Below are positions 13,884 to 25,706 of a stretch of 64,000 bases of DNA, one piece after another. Source of the DNA: Takakia lepidozioides (lineage: Eukaryota; Plantae; Bryophyta); contig CM060733.1 of NCBI GenBank assembly GCA_030704615.1, positions 76,198,001 to 76,262,000 on the forward strand. The letters are read 5' to 3'. The number at the start of each line of letters is the position of its first letter. Position 1 is the stretch's first letter. The position numbers and the translations under genes were made by a program. Below the pieces are notes generated by a model. It made no database searches. It was not told the origin of the DNA and was given only the letters and a program-made list of their open reading frames with translations.

Positions 13884-14599
13884 GTCCCATGTCTTTCATT
13901 TCTATAATGTGGCAATAACCAAAACTCTCTTCTATAGTATCTCTCGTATATGCCTGGGTTTCTTTCAAGCTTCAATGCACCCTTGGCTATACTAGAAGTC
14001 TCCGTTACCATATAACCATATGGCAAACAAGTCTGGAAAGCTGTTCTTGGTGTGAGTTTGATCCACAGAATATCCTTTGGAATCCAATTCTTTACCAGAA
14101 CAAGCTCCTCATGCATATGAGTATAAACATTCACCTTCCTTTCCTCCCAGCCTTCAAACTCTACTCGCTTAATGGATAGCAATGCTATCACATAAACCAG
14201 TGTTGGTAACCAACGTGCTCTTCCTCTACAGGCCACCTGATAAATCTTTATCACACCTTTCTCCAGACCCCACTCAGGGTTAGCATCATGCACTCTCTTA
14301 AGAATGTTTTCATTACAACTGTCTGGCAATTCCAAGAACCTCTGAAAGAATTGTTTGGACAATCTTTCCTTCTCAGTTTCACAGGGAATTTGATTCACAT
14401 CAAATTCTTTAATTCTCCAACCACCATGATCCCACCAGATGCCTGTCACATCTGGTTGTTCATGACCCTGTTCCCCAGTATGGTCGCCAAATGTCGAGCG
14501 GCTTTTACTCACCCATCCCTTCGCTATCCGAGGTGGAAACTCCAAGATAGAAGAGTTGGATATCTCTAAGCACTCAGCCCGCTTAGAACAATCAGTCAT
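13880..14599 (-). CDS. Family 2 extra ORF upstream of gag, unknown function (239 aa)
   Basis: Open ORF, near-identical protein in copies B (50392-51086) and C (58401-59096). Confidence 0.65.
   Translation of the reverse strand: MTDCSKRAECLEISNSSILEFPPRIAKGWVSKSRSTFGDHTGEQGHEQPDVTGIWWDHGGWRIKEFDVNQIPCETEKERLSKQFFQRFLELPDSCNENILKRVHDANPEWGLEKGVIKIYQVACRGRARWLPTLVYVIALLSIKRVEFEGWEERKVNVYTHMHEELVLVKNWIPKDILWIKLTPRTAFQTCLPYGYMVTETSSIAKGALKLERNPGIYERYYRREFWLLPHYRNERHGT
14472..14489 (-). other. Primer binding site TGGCGACCATACTGGGG, probably tRNA-Arg
   Basis: TGG 2 nt after the LTR-terminal CA; same in copies B and C (58511-58527). Confidence 0.75.
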
Positions 14600-15389
14600 G
14601 ACCTGCAGCTAGTGAATCATGGTTGTGCTTCCTATTTGTATTCCTTCCTGCCTTCATGTTATCAATTTACCTTACCGTGTATACTGAAGCATCAGATTGC
14701 TTCAGTATCTACTAAGTTCCAGTTAATCATGCATTCATTCCACAGCTTCTCTCGTGTCTCTCTACACAGTATGTTTGTATCGATTCAGTATCGGATTAAG
14801 ATTAATCATGTATCATGCCTATGCCATGGTGTCTCTATTCTATCCTACTGTATAATTTTACAGCTTGCATGAACTAAGCCTCATTCAAGTCATCATCTCC
14901 TCTTCACTGTTTTCCGCTCTCCGTTACGTTTCTTCCTCTCTTCCACAAGTCGCCCTCCTCCAGAAGTGATCCCCTTCACGTTGCCGCTCTCCTAATCTAC
15001 CCGCAAGCTGTTCTAACCACCTAACTAACTAACCGTCACCCCTGAAGTAGCACGTTCCCTCTGTAAATGTCATTCCCTGTCAATGATAACTGTTCCCCAT
15101 GTACTGTGTCAAGCTGTGCCGAGCTGTGCCGAGCTGTGACTGGCTGTGTAAAGCTGTGTCGGGCTGTGTAAAGCTGTGTTGGGCTATGATTGGCTGTGCG
15201 AAGCTGTGTCGGGCTGTGTGAAGCTGTGTCGGGCTGTGACTGGCTGTGCGAAGCTGTGGCGGGCTGTGTAACCCCCCTAAAGCCTGGTGCTGCCATCCCT
15301 AAGACTCCTGTTGATCTCAGTCTGCGCAAAAATTAAGGATACCCCATAGAACCCGTAAAAGCGTCTAAGTCCCAAGCAGCCCTCTAACA
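14492..15389 (-). repeat. Family 2 copy A 5' LTR
   Basis: TG...CA ends, homologous to copy B LTRs, followed by PBS. Confidence 0.85.
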
Positions 15390-17430
15390 GTAGAGAACCT
15401 GATGCGGCTTATGGTTTGGAATACTAGGTTCCTAACATAGCCTGCACCTGCACCTACATCCACCGCAGGCACTCCCATGGTTGGCTGGTCATCACCTCCA
15501 ACCTCACCACAAGAGAAACAAAGATGGTTTGACTGGTCATCAACCCAACCTCACCATCGACAACATGCTCTAGGGTTGGATCGGCGATCAAGCCCGAGTC
15601 AACCACCTATAAAATCAAGCGCCCACACAAAACTAGCATGGCGCACAATCAAGCATGCAGGTGTGGAGGGGATCCAAACACAAGAATGAAAACAACAACT
15701 CCCCCATACCAAAAATCTCTCCACAGTGTTGCTCCCCCCAACAAAATTCTGTCCAAAGGAATTACCTGCAGGCTGGTCTCCCCCATAGTTAAGAATTGGG
15801 CTGAAAACCAGAAAAGATTACCTGCAGGGGAATAATCCCCTTTGTTAAAACGCAACAGGGAGGCAATTCCAATTTTTCTGCCGGATCAGCTAGCTCAAAA
15901 CCGTTGTTCTACAGAGCCCAGCCTCCCCATCAAGGTCCCACGAAACGAGTGAAAAAAGATTATTTTATTTATTTATTTATTTATTTTCACTCTGCCTGTT
16001 CGTGGCCATCCGTGGCTCCAACCGCCACGACTCCTCACGGCCCGCCCTAGGCGCTCGTTGGCCATGGGCTGCCTCGTGATACCCCGTGGTACCACTCCCA
16101 CGAGCCTTCACGGCCCGCCATCCCCATGATTTGGTCACCGTGCCCACCCGTTGTGTCCGCACCACGGCTTCCAACGGTCATGGTCAACGGTCACGGTCAA
16201 CAGTCACGGCTTGGGCTCGTGGTATCTCATGATACCGCCCCAACAGCCCATCACGGCCACTATTCCCTGCGTTCCCTGGAACTCCCAACGAGTTCCCATG
16301 CGTTCCCGAACGTTCCCGAACTGGGGTTTGCTCCTGCACCTGCTGCCGACGAGCTATGGCTTCTAAGGAGCCATCAGCCCTGTGGTCCTACACTCTTGAG
16401 CTCTCACGGCCCACTAGAAGCGCCCCCAACTCAACAAGCAAGCTATATGCTGCCCAACAAGCTCCATTTCTTCATGAAGCTCACAAAAACGAATCTGAAA
16501 ATACACACCTGTACAAACTTGGTGCACCTGCAGTTCTACTGCACATTCCCTGGCTCTAGGACGCCTTGTTGCTGCCCTTCCAGCCCCCCGCTCTTGCCAC
16601 TCCAAGAGCCCTTACACTGCTGAGTTTCAGATTGAAACTCCAACTCAGCACATGTTTCACAACTACACTGATTTGCACGCAAGAGGGACCTGCCCCCTCT
16701 CTTCACTCATACCTCTTCATGAGTTTGGAGCTGAAGCTCCCAACGGGCTGCAATGCATCCCCTCGCAGCTCCACCATTCGGCTGCTCCTCATCTACCCGC
16801 AACAACTAGTTTCGGGCATAAATACCTGGAGCTGATCATATCATCTCCAACCTGCAACATGCTAGCTTCCCATGCGCAGCCCACATTCCTACAGCTCCTT
16901 AACTTGGCATGCAGCTGAAGAAGACGACCACCAGTTCGCCCACTCGTGGCCAGCATCTCCTCCGCTTCATACTAGAAGCCCAAACTTGGTTGCCATAGCG
17001 TTGAGCTATGCAACACTGACCGCCTCTCTATCCATTGCAAACCTGCAACCTATTCGCCTTTGCACTCTATCCGCTTTGGATAGGCTCATGCACGAATCCC
17101 TTCACTCTAGGCTGAACCGCTTTTCATCATCTGAAAACACAAGTGCTACAACTAACTTGAACCTAGCACTCACATACTCGAGCTCATCTTTCTCGAGTGA
17201 TAATGAAAGGAATGATACAAGCATACAAGCTCTCTCAAACTCACACACTTACACATGAAAACATCACTCATATATTAAGTCGAGCCAAGTGCACCCCACG
17301 CCATGGGGAATCCACACTACGGTGCCATAGCTAGACGCGGTGAGGCTCAACTCGAGAAAGATGAGCCCACCGCGATCTGCGGTGAAGATAACAACGCCAA
17401 GTGCCCAAACATGTATTGGCCCCTGGATTG
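15390..17430 (-). mobile_element. Family 1 copy 3: partial repeat A and 5' leader
   Basis: 17198-17430 is the reverse complement of repeat A. 15390-15700 is the reverse complement of ~21180-21501. Cut by Family 2 copy A on the left and unrelated sequence at 17431. Confidence 0.85.
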
Positions 17431-17892
17431 GGGGCTGCTATTTCATGAGCCATGAGCCATGAGCGGCATGAGCCATGAGCAGAGTCGTAAGTGTCGAAAA
17501 AAACATGAGTAGGATTATTTTCCGGAAATGAGTGTCCGCGGGAATAGGGTTTAGGGTGTCACGGTCATAGGGGGAGAAGGACCTCCCGATGAAGGAGGTT
17601 CGGCAATGTTTTTTAGAATTACATATTAAAAGGCAATGTCTCGCGAATGGTAGGGTGGTACTGCTCTGTACAATGAGGGCCCATTTCAGCCTACCAGCCA
17701 CTTGCAAAATCCACCCACACTCCCAATCCCAAACAAAATGAGGAATGATGCATTCTGGGAACGATGGATACAGAATAGAACAAAAAGAGGGCACAATGGG
17801 GTTTTTATTGATCCACATGAATTGCATTTGAAGCACGTCTACTGTGCTGATTGTGCAAACAAATCTTTAGCCCTGTGCCTTATGAATACAAG

Positions 17893-18041
17893 TCACGTTG
17901 TCAATGGGACTTCGACTGCTTTGAGAACTAGCTCATGAGTCATCGGGCTCCTCCAGGTAAACTGGATTGCAGCCGTTGTACCGCCCCTATTGATGTTCAC
18001 CACAATGTCGTGCCCTTCAATCATACCACCATCGAATATGG
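17893..18041 (-). pseudogene. C-terminal part of unknown gene U1, separated by Family 1 copy 2
   Basis: Reads IFDGGMIEGHDIVVNINRGGTTAAIQFTWRSPMTHELVLKAVEVPLTT*. Continues ORF 29460-30028 in frame and matches paralogue 30521-30967. Confidence 0.85.
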
Positions 18042-18360
18042 TGTCAAGTTATTTTACCACTAGCGTGAAACTAGCTAGGAAATAGCTAGCTTTTACATTA
18101 TTGACATTTGGGATTGGCCCAAGTGTCAATCCAGGGGTCAAGGCAGATTTAGGCCCTGGGAGTGGTTATCTTCACGGCAAGCGCGGGAGGCTCATTTTTC
18201 TCGAGTTGAGCCTCACCGCGCCTAGCTATGGCGCCGTAGTGTGGATTCCCCATGGCATGGGGTGCACTTGGCTTGACTTGTATTTGAGTGATGAGGTTAT
18301 ATATGCATGAGTTTATGCTTCAGATTTGTGAGCTCGTGCTTGTATTCTTCTTCTTTATCA
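18042..18360 (+). repeat. 5' terminal repeat A1
   Basis: Near-identical to 28977-29293; not preceded by B. Confidence 0.95.
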
Positions 18361-18376
18361 CTCGAGAAAGATGAGC
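18360..18376 (+). other. Non-tRNA primer binding site complementary to a hairpin in repeat A
   Basis: ACTCGAGAAAGATGAGC abuts A1 and is complementary to GCTCATCTTTCTCGAGT in A; no TGG start. Confidence 0.7.
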
Positions 18377-19884
18377 TCGTATCTGTGAGTGCCAGAAAAG
18401 AGTTAGTTGTAGCACTTGTGGTTTTTGCTTGAGAGAAACCAGGTTGTTATGCAAGGAACACCGTGGAGCTCTTGGTTGTTAGAAGCGGAGGCGATGTGGG
18501 TTACGAGGTGGTAGACCTTGGCATTCGATCTTCAGTTTCAGAGATGAAAGCACCACACTGCAGGTAATTCCAGAGCACCTTGATGGTTTCAGATTGTGTA
18601 CATGCATGAGCAAGCACGATTGGGAAGAGGACCAGTCAAAAGCAGGTTATAGTGGCTTTGGTGACAAAGCTGAGAACTGGACTTGGGAATGCGAGCTTTC
18701 ATTGTGTGAAGGATTGCAAGACCAAGCGAAAGGGCTGATTTGGCTTGGGGCAAATCAGTGCACTTTGTGGAGTATGTTGAGATTGGGTTTCAATCTCAAG
18801 CTTCAGCATTGAGAGGGCTCTTGTCATGGCAAGAGCAGGGTTGGAACAGGAGCTAAGAGGTGCGGCAAGGCCATAGAATGTGCACCTAGGGTTTCAGAGC
18901 TTGGAAGAAGAGCTCTTGCACCACAAGAGGAGTGTCTTGTGGCTGGAAATGTAAGCCTTAGGGTTTCAGGAGCTTGGCAAGGGCTGTGGAGTGCTTAGTC
19001 TTGTCTTAGAGAGCATCAAGGAGCTAAGGAGCCAAGATAGGGGGCTGATACCTCTTGTGTGAAGAGGTTGCATGTGTGGAGCATGTATTCAGCTCATTGA
19101 AGCTTCCATCTTCAAGCTTGGAGGGCAAGCAAGGAAGAGGGAAGGGTTGACTTCCCTTATGTGAGAGCAATGCATGTGTTGAGCATGCTTTCAGTCTGTT
19201 GAAGGCTTGTACTTTCAGGTTTGGGAGTGCAAGAAAGGAAGGAAGGGGCTGGTTTCCTTGTAGGGCATGTGTGGAGCATGCTTCCAGCCCGCTGAAGCGT
19301 GTATTTTCAGGTTGGTGGGTGCAAGAAAGAAAGAAAAGGGGCTGATTCTCTGGTGGTGAGAGTGGGGCATGTGTGGAGCATGCCTTCAGTCCATTGGGCT
19401 TTTGTTTTCAAGCTTTAGAGAACTAGAAGAGAAGGTAAGGGGCTGATCTGCTCTTATGTGACAGTCCGACACTTGTAGAGCGTGTTCTGAGTTGGGGTTT
19501 CAACCTCAAGCCTAGATAGAGCATAGCTCTTGAAATGGCAGGTGTAGGGGGCTGGATTAGGCTCTAAGATAGACGCTATGGCCAAGGGAAACGCTTGAAT
19601 GAGTGCTCACAAGGGCTGGAAACCAGCAAGGCTTGGTTGTTTGCCATTGAGTTTAGTGGCGTGTTTGGGTAGTCTAAGTGAGAAAGAAGGCTTGGTTTGT
19701 GGCAACCATCTTCCTCATGGCTTAGGGCTACTATTGGTGGTGTGTGGGAGCCAAAAGAGCAAGAATACCTTGTTGATTTCTTCACAGCCGCCATAGCTCG
19801 GTGCAAAGAAGCCTAGAGTCCAAGAGACACAAACCCTAGTTTGGCGTGGCTAAACCCCTTGAGAAATGGCTAAACTGTCATGAG

Positions 19885-20830
19885 TGGCCTGTGGGGCTGT
19901 GACAAGCTGTGATGGGCTGTGACAGGCTGTGCCTTGTGGCCTGTGGGGCTGTGACGGGTTGTGACACGTTGTGATGGGCTGTGAGGGGCTGTGATAGGCT
20001 GTGCCATGTGGCCTGTGGGGCTGTGACGGGCTGTGACGGGTTGTGGCGGGCTGTGTCAGGCTGTGCCCAGTGGCCTATGGGGCTGTGAGGGGCTGTGATA
20101 GGCTGTGCCCTATGGCCTGTGGGCTGTGACGGGCTGTGCCCAGTGGCCTGTGGCTTGTGGGGCTGTGACGGGCTATGAGGGGCTATGACAGGCTGTGCCC
20201 TGTGGCCTGTGGGGCTGTGACGGGCTATGAGGGGCTGTGACAGGCTGTGCCCAATGGCCTGTGGGGCTGTGACGGGCTATGAGGGGCTGTGACGGGCTGT
20301 GACAGGCTGTGGCGAGCTGTGATGGGCTGTGAGGGGCTGTGACAGGCTATGCCCAGTGGCCTGTGGGGCTATGACGGGCTGTGACACGCTGTGATGGGCT
20401 GTGAGGGGCTATGACAGGCTGTGGCGGGCTGTGACAGGCTGTGCCCTGTGGCCTTGTGGGGCTGTGAGGGGCTGTGAGGGGCTGTGACAGGCTGTGGCGG
20501 GCTGGGACAGGCTGTGCCCTATGGCCTGTGGGGCTGTGAGGGGCTGTGAGGGGCTGTGACAGGCTGTGCCTGTGGCCTATGGGGCTGTGAGGGGCTGTGA
20601 TAGGCTGTGGCCTTTGGGGCTGTGACCCTGAGACCTTTGTAGGGCTGTGACAGGCTGTGCCTGTGGCCTTTGGGGTTGTGATGGGCTGTGATAGGCTATG
20701 ACATGTGGCCTTTGGGGCTGTGACAGGCTGCGGCCTGTGGGGCTGTGACCCTGTGACCTGTGTAGGGCTGTGACAGGCTGTGGCCTGTGTGGGGCTGTGA
20801 CGGCTGTGACCAGTGAGCTGTGTGGGCTTG
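19885..20830 (+). repeat. GGGCTGTGAC-type ~10-bp minisatellite in the Family 1 leader
   Basis: Dense tandem GCTGTG / GGCCTGTGG units. Confidence 0.9.
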
Positions 20831-21546
20831 TGCTGGTCTGTGGTGGCCCGTGTTGACCCGTGGACGACCTGTGCTGACTCGTGGAGGCACTGGTGGACTG
20901 CCTAAGGACTGGCATGTGGTCTTGAAGGCCAAATTTTGAAGCTCGTGGAGGGCGGTTTGAGGAGTATCTTCATGATATTCCCATGGTCATGCAAGTGAGG
21001 GAAGAGAGGAGAGGAAGAGTGTTGGGATGAGGGCATGCTGGGGTTAGGCATTGCTTTAGCTTCTCTTCCTCGTAGTTTCGACCCTCTCATTAGGCCAAGA
21101 CCTTTCCGTAGGTGGAGGCAAGAGTCAGTCCGGGTTTGGGCTGGGGTGTCATTGCAGGAGCAACACCGTGGAGTTGTTTTGGTGTGGGGGAGTTGTCGTT
21201 CTGATTTCTTGTGTTTGGATCCCCTCCATACCTGCATGCTTGACGGTGCGTCATGCTAGTTTTGTGTGGGCGCTTGTTTTTATAGGTGATTGGTCCGGAT
21301 TTGATCACCGGCCAGTCCTAGAGCATGCTGTCGATGGTGAGGCTGGGGTGATGACCAGCCAGACCATCATTGTTTCTCCTGTGGTGAGGTTGGAGGTGAT
21401 GACCAGCCAACCATAGGAGTGCTTGCGGTGGATGCAGGTACAGGTGTAGGCTATGTTAGGAACTTAGTATTCCAAACCATAAGCCGCAATAGGTTCTCTA
21501 CCCGGTTACCTTGTGGAGAGGGGGTTAGGGACATGTTCATGACCGG

Positions 21547-24238
21547 TTGAGTGTCAACACGGAGGTGCCACTAGTTGCTGGGGACAGTGTCGGTTCGAGC
21601 ACTAGCGATACTAGTGGGTACACGAGACAAGGTGTGCGGTTTAGGCCACCTTCACCTCCTGTGTCTTCTACGGAAGGTTCTGATTCGGATTGTGAATCAG
21701 GAGGACTCATACCGGCGGTGCAAGTTGTTTCTTTGCCATTGTTGTGGGACACAATGGAGGAGATGTATGGAGCTACCAAGGGGCCACGAAGGTACTCTGG
21801 GGTGGTGGGCACCATCGAGTTGGATGATTTTATCCAAGAGTTTGATAGTTGGTGTGATTTGCAACAAATGCGCAATCCACAACTATTTACGCATTTCATG
21901 GCATGGAAGGGGCTGTTTCAGCACCTTGAGGGGCCGCCTATAGATGATTACCATGAGTTCAAGCGGTGGCATGAGGTTGAGATCAAGGAGTGGATGATGT
22001 ACTGGTCACCCGACTATGTCTCCATCACTAGGGGCACTAGAGCCACGAGGGCAGTGGCTACACCTGCCGCTGCACTGGCAGCTTCAGCAAGTAGTTGTGG
22101 GACTTGTGGGACTGGTGGTACAGTAGTTACGACATCCACCCAAGCCACTACCGCACCAGCACTAGTACCCGTGCCTGCCTTCAACCCTGTTGTGGAGTTC
22201 TTTGAAGAGTTGAGAGGGAACTACCAAGGGGTGAGGACAGAGAAGTTGCGGAGCTTGCAAGAGTTCCAACGAAAGCCAACCGAGAGCTTGAGGGAGGCTT
22301 TCACTCGCATGAGGCGCTTGATAAATGTAACCCATGGGGTTACGGAAGCTCAGGCAGTCCAATTCTGGTATGGGATATTGGACAAGGAGCTGAGGAGAAG
22401 GGTGCGGGATGCAACTCTCCTACAAGCGGCCCAACCCACCTTAGCAAATGTGTTTTTGCTGGCAGAGCGGATAGAGCTCAACATGGTGGAGGAACGAGGG
22501 ATTTGCTAAGGAGACACCACGGGGTAGTGGTGCTCCTAGCCAACCACTACCTCAACGTGCTCAAGGCAACAAAGGGGCTCAAGTGAAGCTCAAGGAAGGG
22601 CAGAGATGACCTCAGATGCAGGGGTCTCTCCCTTCATTTGCTGGCCAACAACGGGCGGATATGGTGTGCTGGACATGTGGAGGACCCCCTGTCAAGAAGG
22701 ATTGCCCAGAGGGAGGCAAAGGGCCGGCACACGCACAGCCTGCACAGTTGCAGTGTGGGCATTGTGGCAAGCACGGGCATGGACAAGCCCAGTGTTATGG
22801 TTTGCATCCTGAGTTGCGCCCAGGCCAGTTCCAAAGGAACAATGGTGGTCGGGGGTGAGGTGGAGCAGCCCCGAGAGGAGGAGGTGGCCAGCCACGAGGT
22901 GCAGGCCAATGGCAAGTTCAACATGGCCAAGGACGCGGAGGTCAGGGTGTTGACCAAGGCATGGCCAACCGGCTTCAGCAACTAGAGCAAAGGCTCGCTG
23001 CCATGGCTACAGCTTAGGTGGTACCGGCTCTAAGGCCAGATGGTCCACCTCCTGCTCCTGAGAGAGGAGATATGGGAGGCATGGGATTCATGTGTGGAGC
23101 AGCACTACCACTAGTGCAAGTGGAGTCTGCTGCAACCGTGACTCGAGGAGCAGCACAAGTTCCTGAGCCATGAGGTACAGAGGTGGAGTTGGATCCACAG
23201 CGTGGGGAGGCAAGCCGTCAAGCTAGGCTTCCTCAGTCATTCACATTGGCGGAGACAGTGTCGACGCCATCCATGGCACCTAGTTCTCGCCCGACTGTTA
23301 CCGAGACGGAGGTTACTATGCCATTGGGGAGAGCTACATGGGTAGCACCACTACCTAGTGTTGTCAAGGCTACGGCAGCTAGTGTGCTGCTAGGAGCGAC
23401 CACATCTATGTGCCAGGCTCCATTGTTCTCTGCTACCATGATTGCGACGCCGGGGGTAAGACCAGCTGAGGTGTTCAGGCAGGCAGCTACACTCTATGAG
23501 AGTGGGGAGGTTACTTCATCTTCTGCGGAGATAGTGGGAGGTGTAGTGCCGGAGGGATCCTCGGAGTTGAGGGTCAAGATTGCCACGACGGCGCCATGGC
23601 AAGCTGCAGCTGCCAGGTTGATGGAGCTGCCAGCTAGGCCAGCCATTGAGCGCGCCATGGTGACACCTGGAGTTGTCATGTTAGACAACCAGGATGGCAT
23701 TTTCTGTTTGAGAGGACCGACAGGCAAGAGGCACCGGCCACTGCAAGTCTTGTTGGACTTAGGAGCTCAGCCATTGATGCTGGGCAGAGCTGCTATTGCA
23801 GGCTTGGGCCTCACGGAGGCGGATATGGAGCCTTGTCCTTTCCAGATACAGACGTCTCTGGGAGGATCGGAGCAGGCTCGGGGCATGACACGGCGTGAGT
23901 TGGCTATCAGACTACGGCCGGATCACCCTACAGAGGGCTCAGTGATGCAAGCCAAGGCCATTGTGACAGACGCGGTCTCATACGATGTCCTGGTTGGTGG
24001 GGCAATGTTGTACCCCATGGGCTTCACCCTGGATTTCTGGGAGGAGTCAGCTTCCTATAGGTCTGCATGGCAGTCAGGGGAGGGCCGGCGTGTGCAGCTC
24101 CCTGTGACGTTCATAGGAGGAGTTGCGGTTGCCCGGCGAGGCAAGATGCCGACACTAGCAGCATTCACAGCGGCAGTGAGTTGGCCTAGAGAGTTGCTTG
24201 AGGGCAACGCTCATGCCACCTCCAGGAGAGCAGGATGA
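21547..24238 (+). pseudogene. Family 1 copy 2 Gag (two Zn knuckles) and protease
   Basis: Gag FQRKPTESLREAFTRMRRL; knuckles CWTCGGPPVKKDC (degenerate) and CGHCGKHGHGQAQC; protease LLDLGAQP (S>L); several stops. Confidence 0.9.
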
Positions 24239-25427
24239 CATGTATGGTATGGCGGAGTTGCCTACCATGGTTGCTCAAACTCCATTGTGGGGCACGAGCA
24301 AGGATTTGCAGCGGGATGCTGATCGACGGGTGCAACAAGCCTGGGTGGAGGCTTTTGTACCGTCAGGAGAGGAGGAGAGTGCGGGGATTGCACCAGGGCC
24401 ACCTCAATTGTCTCCAATGGACACCACACCTATTGTGTGGCAGTATCCGGATGAAGGCATTTGTCTTCTGGACTTGTTTGGCGGGATCAGCACCGGATTG
24501 GCTGCTGTGTTAGAGGCAGGTGTACGAGTTCGTCGTTACCTGTATGTGGAGAGGGATGAGACTGCACGACGCGTTTCACTTTGCCATGTTGCTCAGTTGG
24601 TGCAGCGGTACCCTGAGTTGTTGTCGGTGTCTGCAATTCGTGGATATCAGCAGGCGTTGCCAGCAGACATTTCGTTGCTGGGGCCGCAGGATTTGGAGCG
24701 GGTTGGCTCCATTGATCTGGTAGTGGCAGGTCGGCCCTGCCAAGGGCATTCATCAGCCGGGCATGACAATGGATTGCGAGACTCGAGGTCAGGTCTGTTT
24801 TGGGAGATGGTGCGGGTTTTGTGCCACTTGCAGCTTCATCAAGCTGTATCTCCAGCATACATCTTGGAGAATGTGCCACTGATGGGCGATTCTCGGGCCA
24901 GGGTGATGGCCAGTGTGCATCAATTCCGGTCGTGGTTTGGGTCAGCAGTGTTGCTAGATGCAGCTACAGTGGGGTCACGGGCTCATCGTTCACGGCTATG
25001 GTGGACTAACTTGATGCCACCTGCACTGCTCAAGCGTGCATTTGATGGGGTGCAGCGGCCAGCACATCTCACCGTGGATAGCATTCTGGACACAGGGAGG
25101 CAGTCTCAGCGTGTGAGACACGATGACCGTTCGCATTTGGCAGTGGTCAACAAGGTGGGTCAACCACGAGCAACATTACCTACACTGCTCAGCTTCCCAA
25201 GATCGCATGCTTTCCGGGATAGTGGACCTGGCCTCATGTGGGATGCTCAGTTGCAACAGTTAGTGGAGCCTAATGCTGACGAGCGTGAGCGGGCAATGGG
25301 TTTTACCACTGGTACCACGGCGGTGTCGTCTCTTTCTGAGGCATCACGTCGTCAAGTGTTGGGGCAAGCAATGGATCTCAATTGCTTGACCTGGATTATC
25401 AGCTTGGCTATGGCTGAGCAACGCTGA
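24198..25427 (+). CDS. DNMT3-like C5 cytosine methyltransferase domain of copy 2 (all motifs in one open frame)
   Basis: LLDLFGGISTG, YVERD, AGRPCQGHS (catalytic PC intact), ILENV, DAATVGSRAHRSRLWWTNL, ERERAMGF, RRQVLGQAMD. Confidence 0.92.
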   Translation: MRATLMPPPGEQDDMYGMAELPTMVAQTPLWGTSKDLQRDADRRVQQAWVEAFVPSGEEESAGIAPGPPQLSPMDTTPIVWQYPDEGICLLDLFGGISTGLAAVLEAGVRVRRYLYVERDETARRVSLCHVAQLVQRYPELLSVSAIRGYQQALPADISLLGPQDLERVGSIDLVVAGRPCQGHSSAGHDNGLRDSRSGLFWEMVRVLCHLQLHQAVSPAYILENVPLMGDSRARVMASVHQFRSWFGSAVLLDAATVGSRAHRSRLWWTNLMPPALLKRAFDGVQRPAHLTVDSILDTGRQSQRVRHDDRSHLAVVNKVGQPRATLPTLLSFPRSHAFRDSGPGLMWDAQLQQLVEPNADERERAMGFTTGTTAVSSLSEASRRQVLGQAMDLNCLTWIISLAMAEQR

Positions 25428-25706
25428 GTGCGGAGTACACTTTCCTCGATGGTCTCTCTGCCTACCGAGACGGTACAGGCAGTGAGTGGGGGCGAGCATG
25501 TGAGGACCACGGGGTGCAGGCATCCATGGCACACGTGGTAGGTGCTTGAGGTTCAGAGGGAGTTGGCAGCCAAGGTGGCGATAAAAGATGAGGTTGGGGA
25601 TTTTTCTCGGGTTGAGGAAGTCCTTGAGGATGAGATGATGGGGCAGGATGAGGCCTTGTCAGTGACTGAGCAGGTAGGAAGTACTGCTCAAGAGGTTGCA
25701 ACATAG

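Larger units (their letters stand above)
6808..15389 (-). mobile_element. Family 2 non-chromovirus Gypsy LTR retrotransposon, copy A (3' LTR interrupted by Family 1 copy 1)
   Basis: 5' LTR 14492-15389 (TGTTAG...CGACA on minus), 3' LTR remnant 6808-7034, PBS, degenerate gag-pol. Confidence 0.9.

Noticed and set aside
17546-17557. Telomeric repeat (GGGTTTAGGG)
   Set aside because: Single unit only, not an array.
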